Of a DNA stretch of 64,000 nt, positions 51,216-64,000 are shown in pieces. The notes below the pieces were generated by a model. That model was not told the DNA's origin. It made no database searches and worked only from the letters and a program-made list of their open reading frames with translations. A program made the translations under genes and the position numbers. The DNA comes from Octopus sinensis. Taxonomy: Eukaryota. The number at the start of each line of letters is the position of its first letter. Positions within the stretch are counted from its first letter, which is position 1. The stretch lies in the NCBI RefSeq assembly GCF_006345805.1, contig NC_043007.1:36890001-36954000 (forward strand), in the 5' to 3' direction.

Positions 51216-51261
51216 GTTTGTCTTAAATACAATTTATTAAGTCGCAGCGGAGCTATATATA

Positions 51262-51823
51262 TCTATATATATAAAACTGTAGTTGTGTGAGTGTCTGTCC
51301 CCTTCGATTTAGATTCCTAACTACTCCCACATTTTGCGGTGCAGTTTAACCAAATTCGGGTATCTTATAGTCGTGATTCATATCGAGCCCGTCTGGGTAT
51401 TAGCGCGCGTCTACGATGAGTCTACAATTTAAAAAATAATTTAACATCATTTTTTATTCCATTTTAATGCATAATTTTTCGTGTGTCGATGGCGGCGGAG
51501 TTGGCGTCCACGCTCACATTTGCACCTGTTTGCTTCTCCCCCTTCTTCCCTCCCTCGTGAAGCTGTGGGGAAGGGAGTGTAAGGAAATCAACGTCGTAAA
51601 GCGTTGTCAAGGAGACCAGCGTTCTTTTAGAACAACGACTTCATGGCTTGAAGACACCAAAACAGAAAATGTCTACGATGAGTCAACGATTTAAAAAAAA
51701 ATTTACCATAATTTTTTTTCCATTTTTAATGCATTTTTTGCTATTTTTTTGGCTATAACTCTCTAAAAATGCTTATATAGTTATTTCCCTTACAAACCCG
51801 AGCAACGCCGGGCGATACTGCTA

Positions 51824-51824
<1 letters not shown>
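51262..51824 (+). mobile_element. Non-autonomous Helitron, complete
   Basis: A|TC start, 3' hairpin CCCGAGC-AAC-GCCGGG (51797-51812), CTAG|T end, no TSD. It contains an internal ~70-bp direct repeat (near 51410 and 51670). Confidence 0.85.
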
Positions 51825-51867
<43 letters not shown>

Positions 51868-54765
51868 GTATATGTATATATTCTTTTATTCTTTTACTTG
51901 TTTCAGTCATTTGACTGCAGCCATGCTGTAACACCGCCTTTAGTCGAGCAAATCGACCTCAGGACTTATTCTTTGTGTGTGTGCGTGTGTATGTATACAT
52001 ATATATTTATACTTTATTAAAAAACAGCAAAAAATCACAAAAAAATGTTACTCAGCGTTTCACGTTCCCGTTCGTCGGGCAGTTTTGTTTAGAAACAAAA
52101 CTCTCCGACGAACGGGAACGTGAAACTCCGAGTAACAGTTTTTGTGATATTTTTGCCGCTTTTTAATAAAGCACTTTATTCTACCCCTGGTATTCGAGTA
52201 CTATTAATTTTCCACCTTGTTTTGCATTTATGTGCTTACTCTGGTATGTATATATACACGTATACATATACACGTATGCATAAGGACACCCAAATATAGA
52301 CAATTTTTTGAGTCTAGTTAATTCAAATTATTATTTATAGTTTCAAAATCACTCAATGTTTTAGAATTCGTTATCATTAGGCTCGCCTCTCCACAGCTGC
52401 CTCGCTTAACGTTTGGACTAATTTTGATTATTATAGCACACATGTTCACTGTAGTAATGGTTCCGTTGCAAAAATTCCATACTAAAGATTCCATACAAAT
52501 GTACGTTATGTTGATTGAAGAATCTTTTTGCAATGGTTATTCCTACTAGTTTAAAACATGCATTTTATATATGTCTATTTTTACTGCTATCAGTTATTTG
52601 CCCATAAACATTTTTGCCTTACAGATTTGAACACTTCTACATTCATTCTAATAATAATTTCTACAACACATCTGTCTTACTTTGCAAAACACGAGAATAT
52701 CTACGGATATTATCCCAAACTCATTCATGTAAATTAGCGTTAATTGATAATGCAAATTAAAATATGTTATATTCTATGTAAAGATTTTGTACCATTTCAA
52801 ACCTTTACTTACAATCCACCTGCTGTCTATATACTTATTGAATTATTGTACTAACAAGATCGGAAGATTCCTATTTTCTGTCAGTATGTAAGAAACAAAA
52901 GGGAAAAATTTTTAATAATTTATCATTGTTATTATAACTGAAAATAATTCTCACAATAGCCTACAAAATTAATTAAAAGAGAGGAAGAGAGAACGTGAGA
53001 TGTAAAGAAAGACGAGAGGAGACGAAAGAAGAGAGAGAAAAGAAAGACAGAAAGAAGGAGGGAGGGGCAAAGAAAGACGGCAAGAAAGATGTTCACAGAG
53101 ACGATAATGTAATAGAAAAAATCTTTACGTAGAAACTTTTGTGTTGAGTTAAAATAAAATCAGTGGACAGTGGAAACCCAAACGAAGAGGACTAAGGAAG
53201 TAATTCTTGTATAAGACTACATTAAAACCTTAATTATTCAGCCATGTCTCCATTATCCATTCTCAGTTACTTCATTTTCGAATCTGATTCGGAACATTAG
53301 CCGAATTAATCTAATTTCATAAAAGTCGCTTCCTCCCTGGTCAAAGAGAACTTAAGAAAAGCCATGGGGAATGGGAATGTCTCCAAGGCCTCTAGCGATT
53401 AAATTTTAAATAGGTTGTTGTTGTTGTTTATCTCCAAGTTATCTCTGATCATGCTAACCTATGAACATAGGAATTCCCGTCATGACCATCCCGACTTTTA
53501 GTTCAAGCACGGGCACCCTAGACAACGTTAGTCAATATTTCCATCTTTTAAAGAAAGTAGAGTGATGTTTGGAGATTTGGCTGCTATTTCTACCAGGTTG
53601 AGTGACCACATAGAGACTCCCATGTCCGATCATTCATAAATGTGTAAATAACTAGATGTATTCATGTATAAGACAGTAAGGTGTGATACAAGGAGAGTTT
53701 AGCTGCTTTTTCTAGCAAGACAAACAATCACTCAGAGGACAACTTACTGGTTTGTTAAATCGGTCGTTAGTGTTGTTTAACTCCAGGCCAACCATAATTC
53801 AATAGACATATGATCAAAACAGTTCCAGCCTTGCCGTAAGACTACGTTATGGAGTGTGTTTCTTTTCTAAAGAGAGATTTAACAGCTATTTTAGCATATC
53901 TAGTGACTATATAGAAGTCCACACATGTCATTTATCAAATCAGCATTTGTTAAAATGAGGAGATAACTCATGTCTTCTTCCTGGAGATCGTGAGTAATTA
54001 TTTGGAGGGATCGGGATGTCAAATAATTTTATTCTAACTATTGAGAAAAATAAAATAACAAATTCAATTCTTTAGTCTTGACATAATGATAAAACTGGAG
54101 CCAGGAAAATGATTGAGTTGATAGCTAGAAATAATTAAAGGCCAAAAATATTATCTGGATTTATCGATTTGGAGAATATGTCGCTAGACTATTTTTCTTA
54201 GACAGGTATGGTGGAAGTACTAATGATGATAGTGGCGGTGATGGTGACAGTGGTGGTCGTGATGATGGCGGTGGCGGTGATGGCGGTATCGGTAATGGTC
54301 GTCGTTATGGTTGCGGGAGTGGCAGTGGTGGTAGTGGTGGTGGAAGTGGTGGCGGCGGCGGCAACGGTGTGATGACGGTGGAGCTGATGGTCGTATTTGT
54401 GGCGATGGCGACGGAGGTAGTGGTGGCAATGATGGGTCAATGGGGAAGATGGCGGTGATGGGTCAATGGGGAAGATAATTTAATGGCAGAGAAAGAGCGT
54501 GGAATTGGGAGACAAAATGATATTTTTTTTACTTTCTTAAAACATTGAAAGGAATATTTCTTCATTCGTGACGCTGTCTAATATAATTTAATAATGGTAA
54601 AATTGAGAACTGGAAATTAATTGATCCGAAAGAGCAGGATAAAAATTCCCGTGTGGATACAATAATCAGCAGAGTTCTTTGGCAGTTTGTGAATAGATGA
54701 TATATTGCAAGGGGCTCGGATTTCTAGCACAGATTTAAGGAAGGAAATAAATATATAAATATATA

Positions 54766-55175
54766 GGCGCAGGAGTGGCTGTGTGGTAAGTAGTTTGCTA
54801 ACCAACCACATGGTTCCGGGTTCAGTCCCACTGCGTGGCATCTTGGGCAAGTGTCTTCTGCTATAGCCTCGGGCCGACCAAAGTCTTGTGAGTGGATTTG
54901 GTAGACGGAAACTGAAAGAAGCCTGTCGTATGTATGTATATATATATAAGTGTGTGTGTATATGTTTGTGTGTCTGTGTTTGTCCCCCTAGCATTGCTTG
55001 ACAACCGATGCTGGTGTGTTTACGTCCCCGTCACTTAGCAGTTCGGCAAAAGAGACCGATAGAATAAGTAGTAGGCTTACAAAAGAATAAGTCCCGGGAT
55101 CGAGTTGCTCGATTAAAAGCGGTGCTCCAGCATGGCCGCAGTCAAATGACTGAAACAAGTAAAAGAGTAAAAGAG
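54766..55175 (+). mobile_element. SINE family A, full length, 14-bp TSD
   Basis: TATATAAATATATA at 54752-54765 and 55176-55189. Confidence 0.92.
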
Positions 55176-55252
55176 TATATAAATATATAAAGAAAGAAAC
55201 AATACACAAATCCATGCCTATATATTTGTACCAATATGGAAAGAAAGATTAA

Positions 55253-55712
55253 GGCGGCAAGCTGGCAGAATCGTTAGCACACCGGACAAAATGCTTAGTG
55301 GCATTTCGTCCGTTTTCGCGTTTTGATTTCAAATTCTGCCGAGGTCAGATTTGCTTTTCATTCTCTCAAGATCGATAAAATAAGTACCAGTCGAGAACTA
55401 GAATCAATGTAATCGACTTATACCTATTTCTTTACTACCCACAAGGGGCTAAACAGAGAGAAGACAAACAAGGACAGACAAACGGATTAAGTCGATTATA
55501 TCAACCCCAGTGCGTAACTGGTACTTATTTAATCGACTCCGAAAGGATGAAAGGCAAAGTCGACCTTGGCTGAATTTGAACTCAGAACGTAGCGGCAGAC
55601 GAAATAGCGCTAAGCATTTCGCCCGGCGTGCTATCGTTTCTGCCAGCTCGCCGCCTAATCGACTTATACCATTTCCCCAAACATGCTGGCCTTGTGCCAA
55701 AATTTAAAACCA
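55253..55712 (+). mobile_element. SINE B2 interrupted by an opposite-strand SINE B1 (55425-55655), 15-bp TSD
   Basis: TAATCGACTTATACC at 55410-55424 and 55656-55670. Confidence 0.9.
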
Positions 55713-55830
55713 AAATGGAAAGAAAGAGTGGGGAAATGTTCAGGGACTTTTGCCGTATGAAATCCTAGTGATGACATATGATCAAAAAAAGGTCCAACCG
55801 TAACTATCTTGCTCTTTTGAGGAAAGTAAG

Positions 55831-55882
<52 letters not shown>

Positions 55883-56721
55883 AGGTGTACGAGGTTATAA
55901 GAGATAATGGTGTCATTGAGACCCAAAGGTGTCAGGTAATGCTGAATAAGTGCCATGGAACTTAACTGTGGTCTGTCTATAGCACACACACACAGAATAC
56001 AGGTTTTGTGTCTATAGAAGAATGGATTATTGTTGTCTTTTGAAGGCGGCGAGCTAAAAGAATCGTTAGTGAGTCGGACAAAATGCTTAGTAGTTTTTCT
56101 TTCAGTTCTTTACGTTCTGAGTTCAAACCCCGTTCATGGGATCGACTAACCCTTTTCCCCAGATTGAGTCTATATTAGAAATGATTATTGTTGTTTAGTC
56201 TGAGGGATACTGTAATCGAACAGAGATCTATGATAACTTATGATCAACGTCAATCTAGCCGTGATCATCTTAGTTTTTAGATTGTCTAATTTATTCTTTC
56301 TTATTCAAAACATTCTTGAGTATCATTTGAAAGAAATTCATTGGCTGTTATTAACAGTTCCATTGTGCTAAGGTCATAGAGTATCTTATACGTCAAGAAT
56401 ATCAAGCCATTTCATTCGCATAAGAGCTTATTCACTGACTGTAATTAAAGTCAGAAGGAAAATGAATTTTATGGTCCTTAAGTGTAAAGTAAGGTATGTA
56501 CACGGAGAAGCATTTCATACAAATTTCTATTTTTTGCTGAGAAGTTGTTTATTTACCTTCTAAGCTTATTGAGTTGTAATTACTGGAACTAGTAAAATGT
56601 ATGTATGGAGTATAGAGTGTGTGGTGCTATTTATTTCATATATATTTTGTTTTCCTTGCGAATATGAATTAGCTCACCAGAATGTTTCATCTTCCTCTCT
56701 GTCAGTATAGTGTATGGTTGC

Positions 56722-56817
<96 letters not shown>

Positions 56818-56882
56818 GTCTACCTACCTACCTACCTACTACCTACCTACCTACCTACCTACCTACCTACCTACCTACCTAC

Positions 56883-56951
<69 letters not shown>

Positions 56952-56952
56952 A
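56722..56952. repeat. (CTAT)n/(CTAC)n microsatellite
   Basis: Directly visible. Confidence 0.95.
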
Positions 56953-57074
56953 CTACCTACTCAAAATTCTCGTCTGATAGCGCCGGTCAACCAAAGTTCT
57001 CTCCCTTATATAACAGAAAAACCTCGATCCGATCTGATTCCATCTTATGGGAATATTTTCAATTTCACAAGACG

Positions 57075-57640
57075 GGGAGCTGGTAGAATCGTTAGCACGC
57101 CGGGCGAAATGCGTAGCCGTATTCCGTCTGCCGTTACGTTCTGAGTTCAAATTCTGCCGAGGTAGATTTTGCCTTTCATCCTTTTTGGGATCGATAAATT
57201 TAAGTGCCAGTTACGCACTAGGGTCGATATAATCGACTTAATCCGTTTATCTGTCCTTGTTTGTCCTCTCGGTGTTTAGCCCCTTGAGGGTAATAAAGAA
57301 ATAGGTATTTTGTCTGCCGCTACGTTCTGAGTTCAAATTCCGCCGAGGTTGACTTTGCCTTTCATCCTTTCGGGCTCAATTAAATAAGTACCAGTTACGC
57401 ACTGGGGTCGATATAATCGACTTAATTCGTTTGTCTGTCCTTGTTTCTCCTCTCTGTGGGTAATAAAGAAATAGGTATTTCGTCTGTCTTCACGTTCTAA
57501 GTTCAAATTCCGCCGAGGTCGACTTTGCCTTTCATCCTTTCGGGGTCGATTAAATAAGTACCAGTTACGTACTGGAGTCGATGTAATCGACTGGCGCCCT
57601 CCCGCAAAATTTTGTGCCTTGTGCCTAGAGTAGAAAAGAA
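57075..57640 (+). mobile_element. Head-to-tail trimer of SINE B units
   Basis: One headed unit, then two headless units joined at AAAGAAATAG|GTATTT (about 57304 and 57474). The last unit has a B2 tail. Confidence 0.85.
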
Positions 57641-57933
57641 TATTTTCAAACTCACCGCTCCCGACCACTCAGAATCGACTGTACCAGTGTTTCACTAATA
57701 CTATGCATCACATTTGAAGTTGCTTGAAAATACTCGGATGTTACTCAGAGGCTTAGAAAGGGAGGTAATTATAAGTTATCCCCTTAAAAATATTTACTTT
57801 ACATTCTGGTTACTAGCTAAGCGAACACTCTCACACATACGTACACACGCACCCACCCACATACATACATAGATGTCTATGTGTATCTGTGTATACATAT
57901 ATACTTATTTTATAGATATATACTATATATATA

Positions 57934-58002
<69 letters not shown>

Positions 58003-58009
<7 letters not shown>

Positions 58010-58620
58010 TGCCCCCTCGTTATCAAGTATGGCCATTGCACGAAGCTTAACTGTTATTGGTGCTGTGATTGAATGTGACTTTTATTTGCTTTTTAAGGCT
58101 ACAGTCAGCCATTCAGTTGAGACTCACAGTACCATCAACAATCATGAACAATGTTCTTATCGTGCAATGCCCGTGCAAGAAGATTTTTTAAAAGTGAGGA
58201 AAGGCTGTGCACTGAGTCAATCCCACTCACTAAGCAACAGCAGTCATAATCCGAAAAGAAGAACAAGTCAACATCATCGGTAACCACTGAGCTGCAGGTT
58301 TTATGTCGGAGTTATCCCAGTTACCTGAGTTACCTTCTCCTAGAATGATGCCCTAACAAAGGCTAGGAGTCCTTCACTCCCAATGGCTTAACCGCGCGAT
58401 CGGGTATTCAGTCCGATTATTTCTATGTCCCCGCGTATGATACAGCCTTAAGACATTTATTGGATGGCCGTTGACTCTCAAGAGTTCCTCTGCCCTTTGA
58501 CGGGTTTTGTTTTTCATCCCGCAGGGAGTCCAATAATCACCCTCCTCACCAAGCAAGCTTGGTGGGGTTGCCGGTTTAGTCGCCGACGGCCCGACCATGC
58601 AACAGGTTGTACTGGGTTAT
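58003..58620 (-). mobile_element. Probable LINE-derived non-autonomous repeat (RTE-like ends, unverified)
   Basis: GC-richer block bounded by microsatellites. The resemblance to RTE-type termini is from memory only. Confidence 0.3.
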
Positions 58621-58639
58621 ACATACATACATACGTATG

Positions 58640-58678
<39 letters not shown>

Positions 58679-59515
58679 AATTAACGTCTCCACACTATCC
58701 ATTTGTAATAACAAAGTATGAACTTTATTACATACCATGGACAAGAAGTCTTTCTACCCTTTCTACACACCACTTTCCTTGGATAACAGAACTGCACTGT
58801 AGCATCCAACATATATTTTTATTTCGTTTTTGGATTTGGTTTGCAAGATTTTTTATATGAGTTCGTGTATTGAAGCACATTCTGCTGTGTCTGAGGAGAG
58901 TCATTTTCTTTTTGTACCTTATGATTTAACATATTTCTTATTTTTATTTTCCTAAAATTTTCGTTGCGTCTTGCAACCTTTTCAATAGTCTTAACTCTGT
59001 CCGTTATTTACACTGCTGTGTAATTTGAAATTTTTTGACTTTTTCTGTTTAAGAATGTCGTTGAGTGATAGATTGTGTGACATTTCTCAGAGGAAGAAAC
59101 ATAGTATCACGTTGATCAGTTAGTAAATGCCCTGTCAAGCACAAGTATGGAAATACTGTAGCCTACGTCTCAAAGAGAATCTCCACATCTGCTACTCTAA
59201 GATTATGTTAAATACAATAGAATGAATTTATTTCGAAGAGGAACACCTTTATATATAACAGATTGCAGCTGAAGATGTAAAGCATATACATCGCTAGAGC
59301 TATTCTAGCACGCTTTGAACATTCTGGTGCACACAGTCGACCGACGGCCCGACTGAACAAGGCTGTGGTTAGAGAATATAATGCCCATTGGTTTCACATA
59401 AAGCATCATATAAAAGATTTTGACCAATCCAAACACTGAGTTGTATTGAGCACTTTCATATTTTTATAACTTAAAAATCCGATGTATGCACTTGTGCGTA
59501 CGCGTACGCCTGTGC

Positions 59516-59608
<93 letters not shown>

Positions 59609-60241
59609 ATATGAGACAGAATCCAAAGAATCTGTGTCGACAAGACTTGTATCATTTAGTAAAATCGACACAAAAGCCAGTTTTTTTCTAACATAGCCAA
59701 CAGTTATGAAGAAGGACTCGATCCGAAACGTTGGATTTCACTTCCACAGGAAGTTCACTGTACTTAACACATGCACACACACACACACACATACGCGCGC
59801 GCACACACATACACACACACACACACACACGTAAATATGTCCGCTTGCGTATGTGTTTGCATGTGTGTATGTATATGCATGTACGTATTTTTGTGTATGT
59901 ATGTATATATATGTATGTGTATGTGTATGTGTATGTATGTGTATGTATATATATATATGTATGTATCAGTATTGTAGGTGTACGTTCATGTAGCAGTATT
60001 TGTGTAAGTGTATTCTGTCCCCGGTTCGCGGATACTGCAATCCCTCCCCCTAAATATTATTTCCATAGTTATTATTGATTCCTTTCAATTTCCACTAGAC
60101 AATGATGATGAAGATGATGATGATGATGATAAAAATGATGATGATGATAATGATGACGATGAGGATTATATTAATAATAATAATTTAAATAATAAAAATG
60201 ATACATACATACATACATACATACATACATACATACATACA

Positions 60242-60272
<31 letters not shown>

Positions 60273-61169
60273 TGGAGATTTTGTTGTGCCGGATTAGGAA
60301 TCAGACATCCATTGTGAATGAGATGTGTCAGGTGTCTTAAGCAACTGACTGAATGGTGTCTAGAGAATGAATTATTTATTATTAGCATATAAGATATGAG
60401 ATAAGTGCTTTGTTTCGACTGACATTTTCATTTAAAGCTGAAACCGCCAATCTGATATAATACGATATCTGACGTTGTAGTGTAGACCAAGTAGACCTAT
60501 GATTAAAGATGTTCCAGCGATGATCGTCTTGTATTCTTTTTTAAACATTTTTTTTTATATCTCGGACTATGTTATTAAATGAGACTTTCTTTGTGTTTTG
60601 TATTCTTTCGATTTAGAAGCGAAAGTGAAAGTAATTGATCACAAAGTGAAAGTAATTGATCGCAAAGCGTAAGTAATTGAAACTGGAAAATTTCGTTAAC
60701 AAACGGCATTAAATGCCAATGAAATTAAAATATGAATGTTACTTGAATTATCTGTATAATTAATGCATTCTTCCCTTTTCGTTTGGTAATATTTCGGTTT
60801 ATGATCACAAAGTGAGAGTAATTTTGATGGAATTACCTATAGTGTTAAGGGAGGGGGGCGACAGGTTAACCTGGTACACGTAGTAGTATCGTTTGAATGT
60901 ATGCTGGAAAGCGATCGCCAAGGTGTTGGTTGGCCTGTTCCGCCTATGCAAAGAGCAGCACAAAGTTTGCATATGATACAATATATACGGTTGGAAGATG
61001 TGCAACAGAAGTTCTACAAAATATGATATTGTGATTTCAGCTCAGTGATGGTTGTAATATCGTTAATATAGGGGCAGATTGTTTGGTAGTTTGAGACTGG
61101 ACACTCTGGAGGTCACCGAGGTTCCTATATTTTTTGGCAGTTCGGATGGGGGGCGACGTGGTGCGGGAA

Positions 61170-61700
61170 ATCACCACCCACTTCAGCACTACAGGCCATT
61201 CCATCTCCGTACACTATGGTGGCACATTTTAAATGAAATCGAGAGAACAAAGTTTCATACTTGAACTTATCACCATGTTATCAACTGGTTTAAATAAACG
61301 TTTCTCCTTTCACGTCCACACATCTTCTCAATTCATTAACCTCTTTATTACACTTCAGCTTCCTTCTCACTCCATCTTTACCCTTTACCTCACCCTCGTC
61401 TTCGTCCGCTTCTACTCATTTAATTCCGCTTTTCTTCTACTACTCTTTTTCTCTCTCCTACTACTTCGCCGTCACGTACAAAATTCCCGTGGCCCTGTGT
61501 TCCTTTTCAGTTGCAGTTAGTTTTTTCTAACTTAAAGGATATAAAACTCCACTCTCCCTCATTAACTTCTCTCCTGTCAACTTTGCCTTGAAAAAGAACT
61601 CTGTCCGAAACGTTCGATTTTCCACTCGCAACGGCAAGTTCACAGAACTCTTTTTATTGATTTTACTAAATAATATAAGTCTTACAGTCACGAACCAATA
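61170..61700 (+). mobile_element. Penelope-like 3' end (GIY-YIG C-terminus plus a degenerate hammerhead)
   Basis: HFSTTGHS...REQSFILELITMLSTGLNKRFS matches the PLE RE..I..L.T..P.GLN motif. A decayed CCTTGAAAAAG..GTCCGAAACGTT lies at 61586-61614. Confidence 0.6.
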
Positions 61701-61794
61701 GCAATGTATATGGCGTCTCTTTTATCATATATACATATACATACATACATACATACATACATACATACATACATACATACATACATACAAACAT

Positions 61795-61828
<34 letters not shown>

Positions 61829-61836
61829 TACCCCCA

Positions 61837-61880
<44 letters not shown>

Positions 61881-62011
61881 ACGAAGGTGGCGATGCGCAT
61901 TATAAAACCAAAACCACTTATTTCTTGCATTACAGTTAGTGACAAATGAATTTTTCCTTTTGGTTTTATTTTGCGTCTAGCTACCTTTATTATTTTATAA
62001 TGTTCGCATTA

Positions 62012-62431
62012 GGCGCAGGAGTGACTGTGTGGTAAGTAGCTTGCTAACCAACCACATGGTCCCGGGTTCAGTCCCACTGCGTGGCATCTTGGGCAAGTGT
62101 CTTCTGCTATAGCCTCTGGCCGACCAAAGCCTTGTGAGTGGATTTGGTAGACGGAAACTGAAAGAAGCCTGTCGTATATATGTATATATATATGTGTGTG
62201 TGTTTGTGTATGTGTTTGTGTGTCTGTGTTTGTACCCCTAGCATTGCTTGACAACCGATGCTGGTGTGTTTACGTCCCCGCCACTTAATGGTTCGGCAAA
62301 AGAGACCGATAGAATAAGTCCTGGGTTTACAAAGAATAAGTCCTGGGGTCGATTTGCTCGACTAAAGGCGGTGCTCCAGCATGGCCGCAGTCAAATGACT
62401 GAAACATGTAAAAGAGTAAAAGAGTAAAGAG
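62012..62431 (+). mobile_element. SINE family A, full length
   Basis: Head, core and (AGTAAAAG)n tail as in the other copies. Confidence 0.92.
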
Positions 62432-62871
62432 TACCATTTTGCTGAATCAGCCAGTGATTCATAATGTAAATACTATACACTGACAGTCGGGATTTAGCCA
62501 AATCATTCAGCGATGACGTAGTCACCACTAATGAGATTTAATTTTAAGTGAAGCTAGGCTAGTATGGTGATCTCACTTGCTGTGGGGCGGTTATCTCTCC
62601 TGTTAGTGCATAGACAGTTGCTTTTTGCGGCTGTAAGGGTTTTTAATCTTATTTCTAGCAATGTAGATGCTGCACCGTTAGTCACCATTAGTGACAATTG
62701 AATTTTTCCTTTTTGCTTTATATAGCCGCCTTCATTATAGCCGCCTTTATGTATAGCCGCCTTCATTATTTTATACATACATACATTCATGCATACTTAC
62801 ATACGTACGTACACATACATACGTACGTACATACATACATACATACATACATACATACATACATACATACA

Positions 62872-62904
<33 letters not shown>

Positions 62905-63491
62905 GTATATATATATATATATTTAGTTTTATATGCATACGTATGATGACTTCCGCTCAATTTCCTTCTACACGTACACACATATGCACATACACACGCA
63001 TGCACACATGCTCGCACGCACACACTCATCTTTCTTTAAGCAATATTTTATTTCATTTTTTACTGTGCAGTCTTCCATTTTTTCTTAAATCATTGACGTC
63101 ATTTCCTTCCAAATCGATCTCTTCGCGCTTCATTAACATGATTTCTTGTCAATGTACAAACCCCTGTAAATAATAAATAATTTTGAAATTACTTTTATTT
63201 ACAACTGTTTTTTTAGTAGTTTCAGAATTTGTTTGTTTTTCGTATATGTTTTATTGTTTTATGCGAAACTTTAACCACATCCTTGTATCTTATTCGAGTG
63301 TCTAGCCCGTCTTCTTGTACCGTTAACAGGTTGTGGGTCAAATTTTTTGTCTTTGTAACCGAATTTTGTACCCTTCTAAGACATGCCAAATCATTGGCAG
63401 TTTCGCTCCGATGCTAGGCAGCTTGGCTTTCTGTAGGACAGGGGTCGGAAAACTTCTCATATCATTGACCCTTTCAACGAATAGTAGTGAA

Positions 63492-63800
63492 GGCGCATGG
63501 CTCAGTGGTTAGAGCGTCGAGTTTACGATCGTGAGGTTGTGAGTTCGAATCCCAGACCGGGCTGCGTGTTGTGTTCTTGGGCAAGACACTTTATTTCACG
63601 TTAGAAATGAGTTGCAATATCACAGGTGCCAAGCTGTATCGGCCTCTGCCTTTCCCTTGGATAACACTGGTGGCGTGGAGAGGGGAGGCCGGTATGCATG
63701 GGCAACTGCTTGTCTTCCATAAACAACCTTGGCCGGACTTGTGTCTGGGAGGGTAACTTTCTAGGAGCAATCCCATGGTCAATCATGACCGAAGGGGCTC
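63492..63800 (+). mobile_element. SINE family C
   Basis: A box TGGCTCAGTGG 63498-63508 and B box GTTCGAATC 63543-63551. Confidence 0.9.
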
Positions 63801-64000
63801 TCTCTTAAAGTATAGTAAATAACTTATTGATCCCAGTCACGTAAATTTCTAAAATAACATTAAAAAGTATAATTAATAATAAAAAAATTTCTTGATATAA
63901 AAGCAATAATTCCATCGTTCTTTTTTCTCGTTACTACTTTTTTAATATTTAAAGAAATTTTAAAGCGGCAAGCTGGTAGAATCGTTAGCGCGTCGGGCAA

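Larger units (their letters stand above)
50514..51246 (-). mobile_element. Retrozyme/Penelope-like unit: two ~250-bp direct repeats around a 233-bp spacer
   Basis: 50514-50764 and 50998-51246 differ by 4 substitutions and a 2-bp indel. Each carries a hammerhead fold on the minus strand. No ORF of 60 aa or more. Confidence 0.75.

Noticed and set aside
58100-58279. Possible plus-strand exon (TTTTTAAG|GCT...CATCG|GTAACC)
   Set aside because: No recognisable protein similarity, a weak donor, and it appears to lie within a repeat block.

Overview
AT-rich, microsatellite-saturated eukaryotic DNA, very probably cephalopod (Octopus-like). The attribution is inferred from the tRNA-SINE families and the (AT)n/(ACAT)n/(AGAT)n/(AAT)n load. 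There are no prokaryotic genes, rRNA, tRNA or CRISPR. Most of the provided ORFs are microsatellite artefacts. Host coding sequence is limited to two pieces: (i) the 168-bp first coding exon of a CDKL1-type kinase (minus strand, 15881-16048, strong GT donor, no further exon found), and (ii) an intronless fragment of about 375 bp of SH3BP5L-like sequence (36686-37061). The SH3BP5L fragment is fused in frame to the C-terminus of a Hsmar1-like mariner transposase, which in turn follows a Sleeping-Beauty-like Tc1 5' end. The rest is TE debris: several tRNA-SINE families (some nested, with 5-15 bp TSDs), R4/Dong, CR1/L2, RTE and Tx1 LINE remnants, an internally deleted Gypsy element, Tc1/mariner/pogo remnants, MITEs, Helitrons and many Penelope-like fragments. 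The most interesting signals are: hand-folded type I hammerhead ribozymes, including a retrozyme-like 482-nt unit between two ribozyme-bearing direct repeats (50514-51246) and one inside an inverted-repeat cassette (45579-46027); the transposase-SH3BP5L chimera; a ~550-bp non-tRNA element always embedded in (AAT)n arrays; and a candidate RFX/NRF1/CCAAT promoter at 42.24-42.42 kb. All homology calls are from recalled motifs, not searches.
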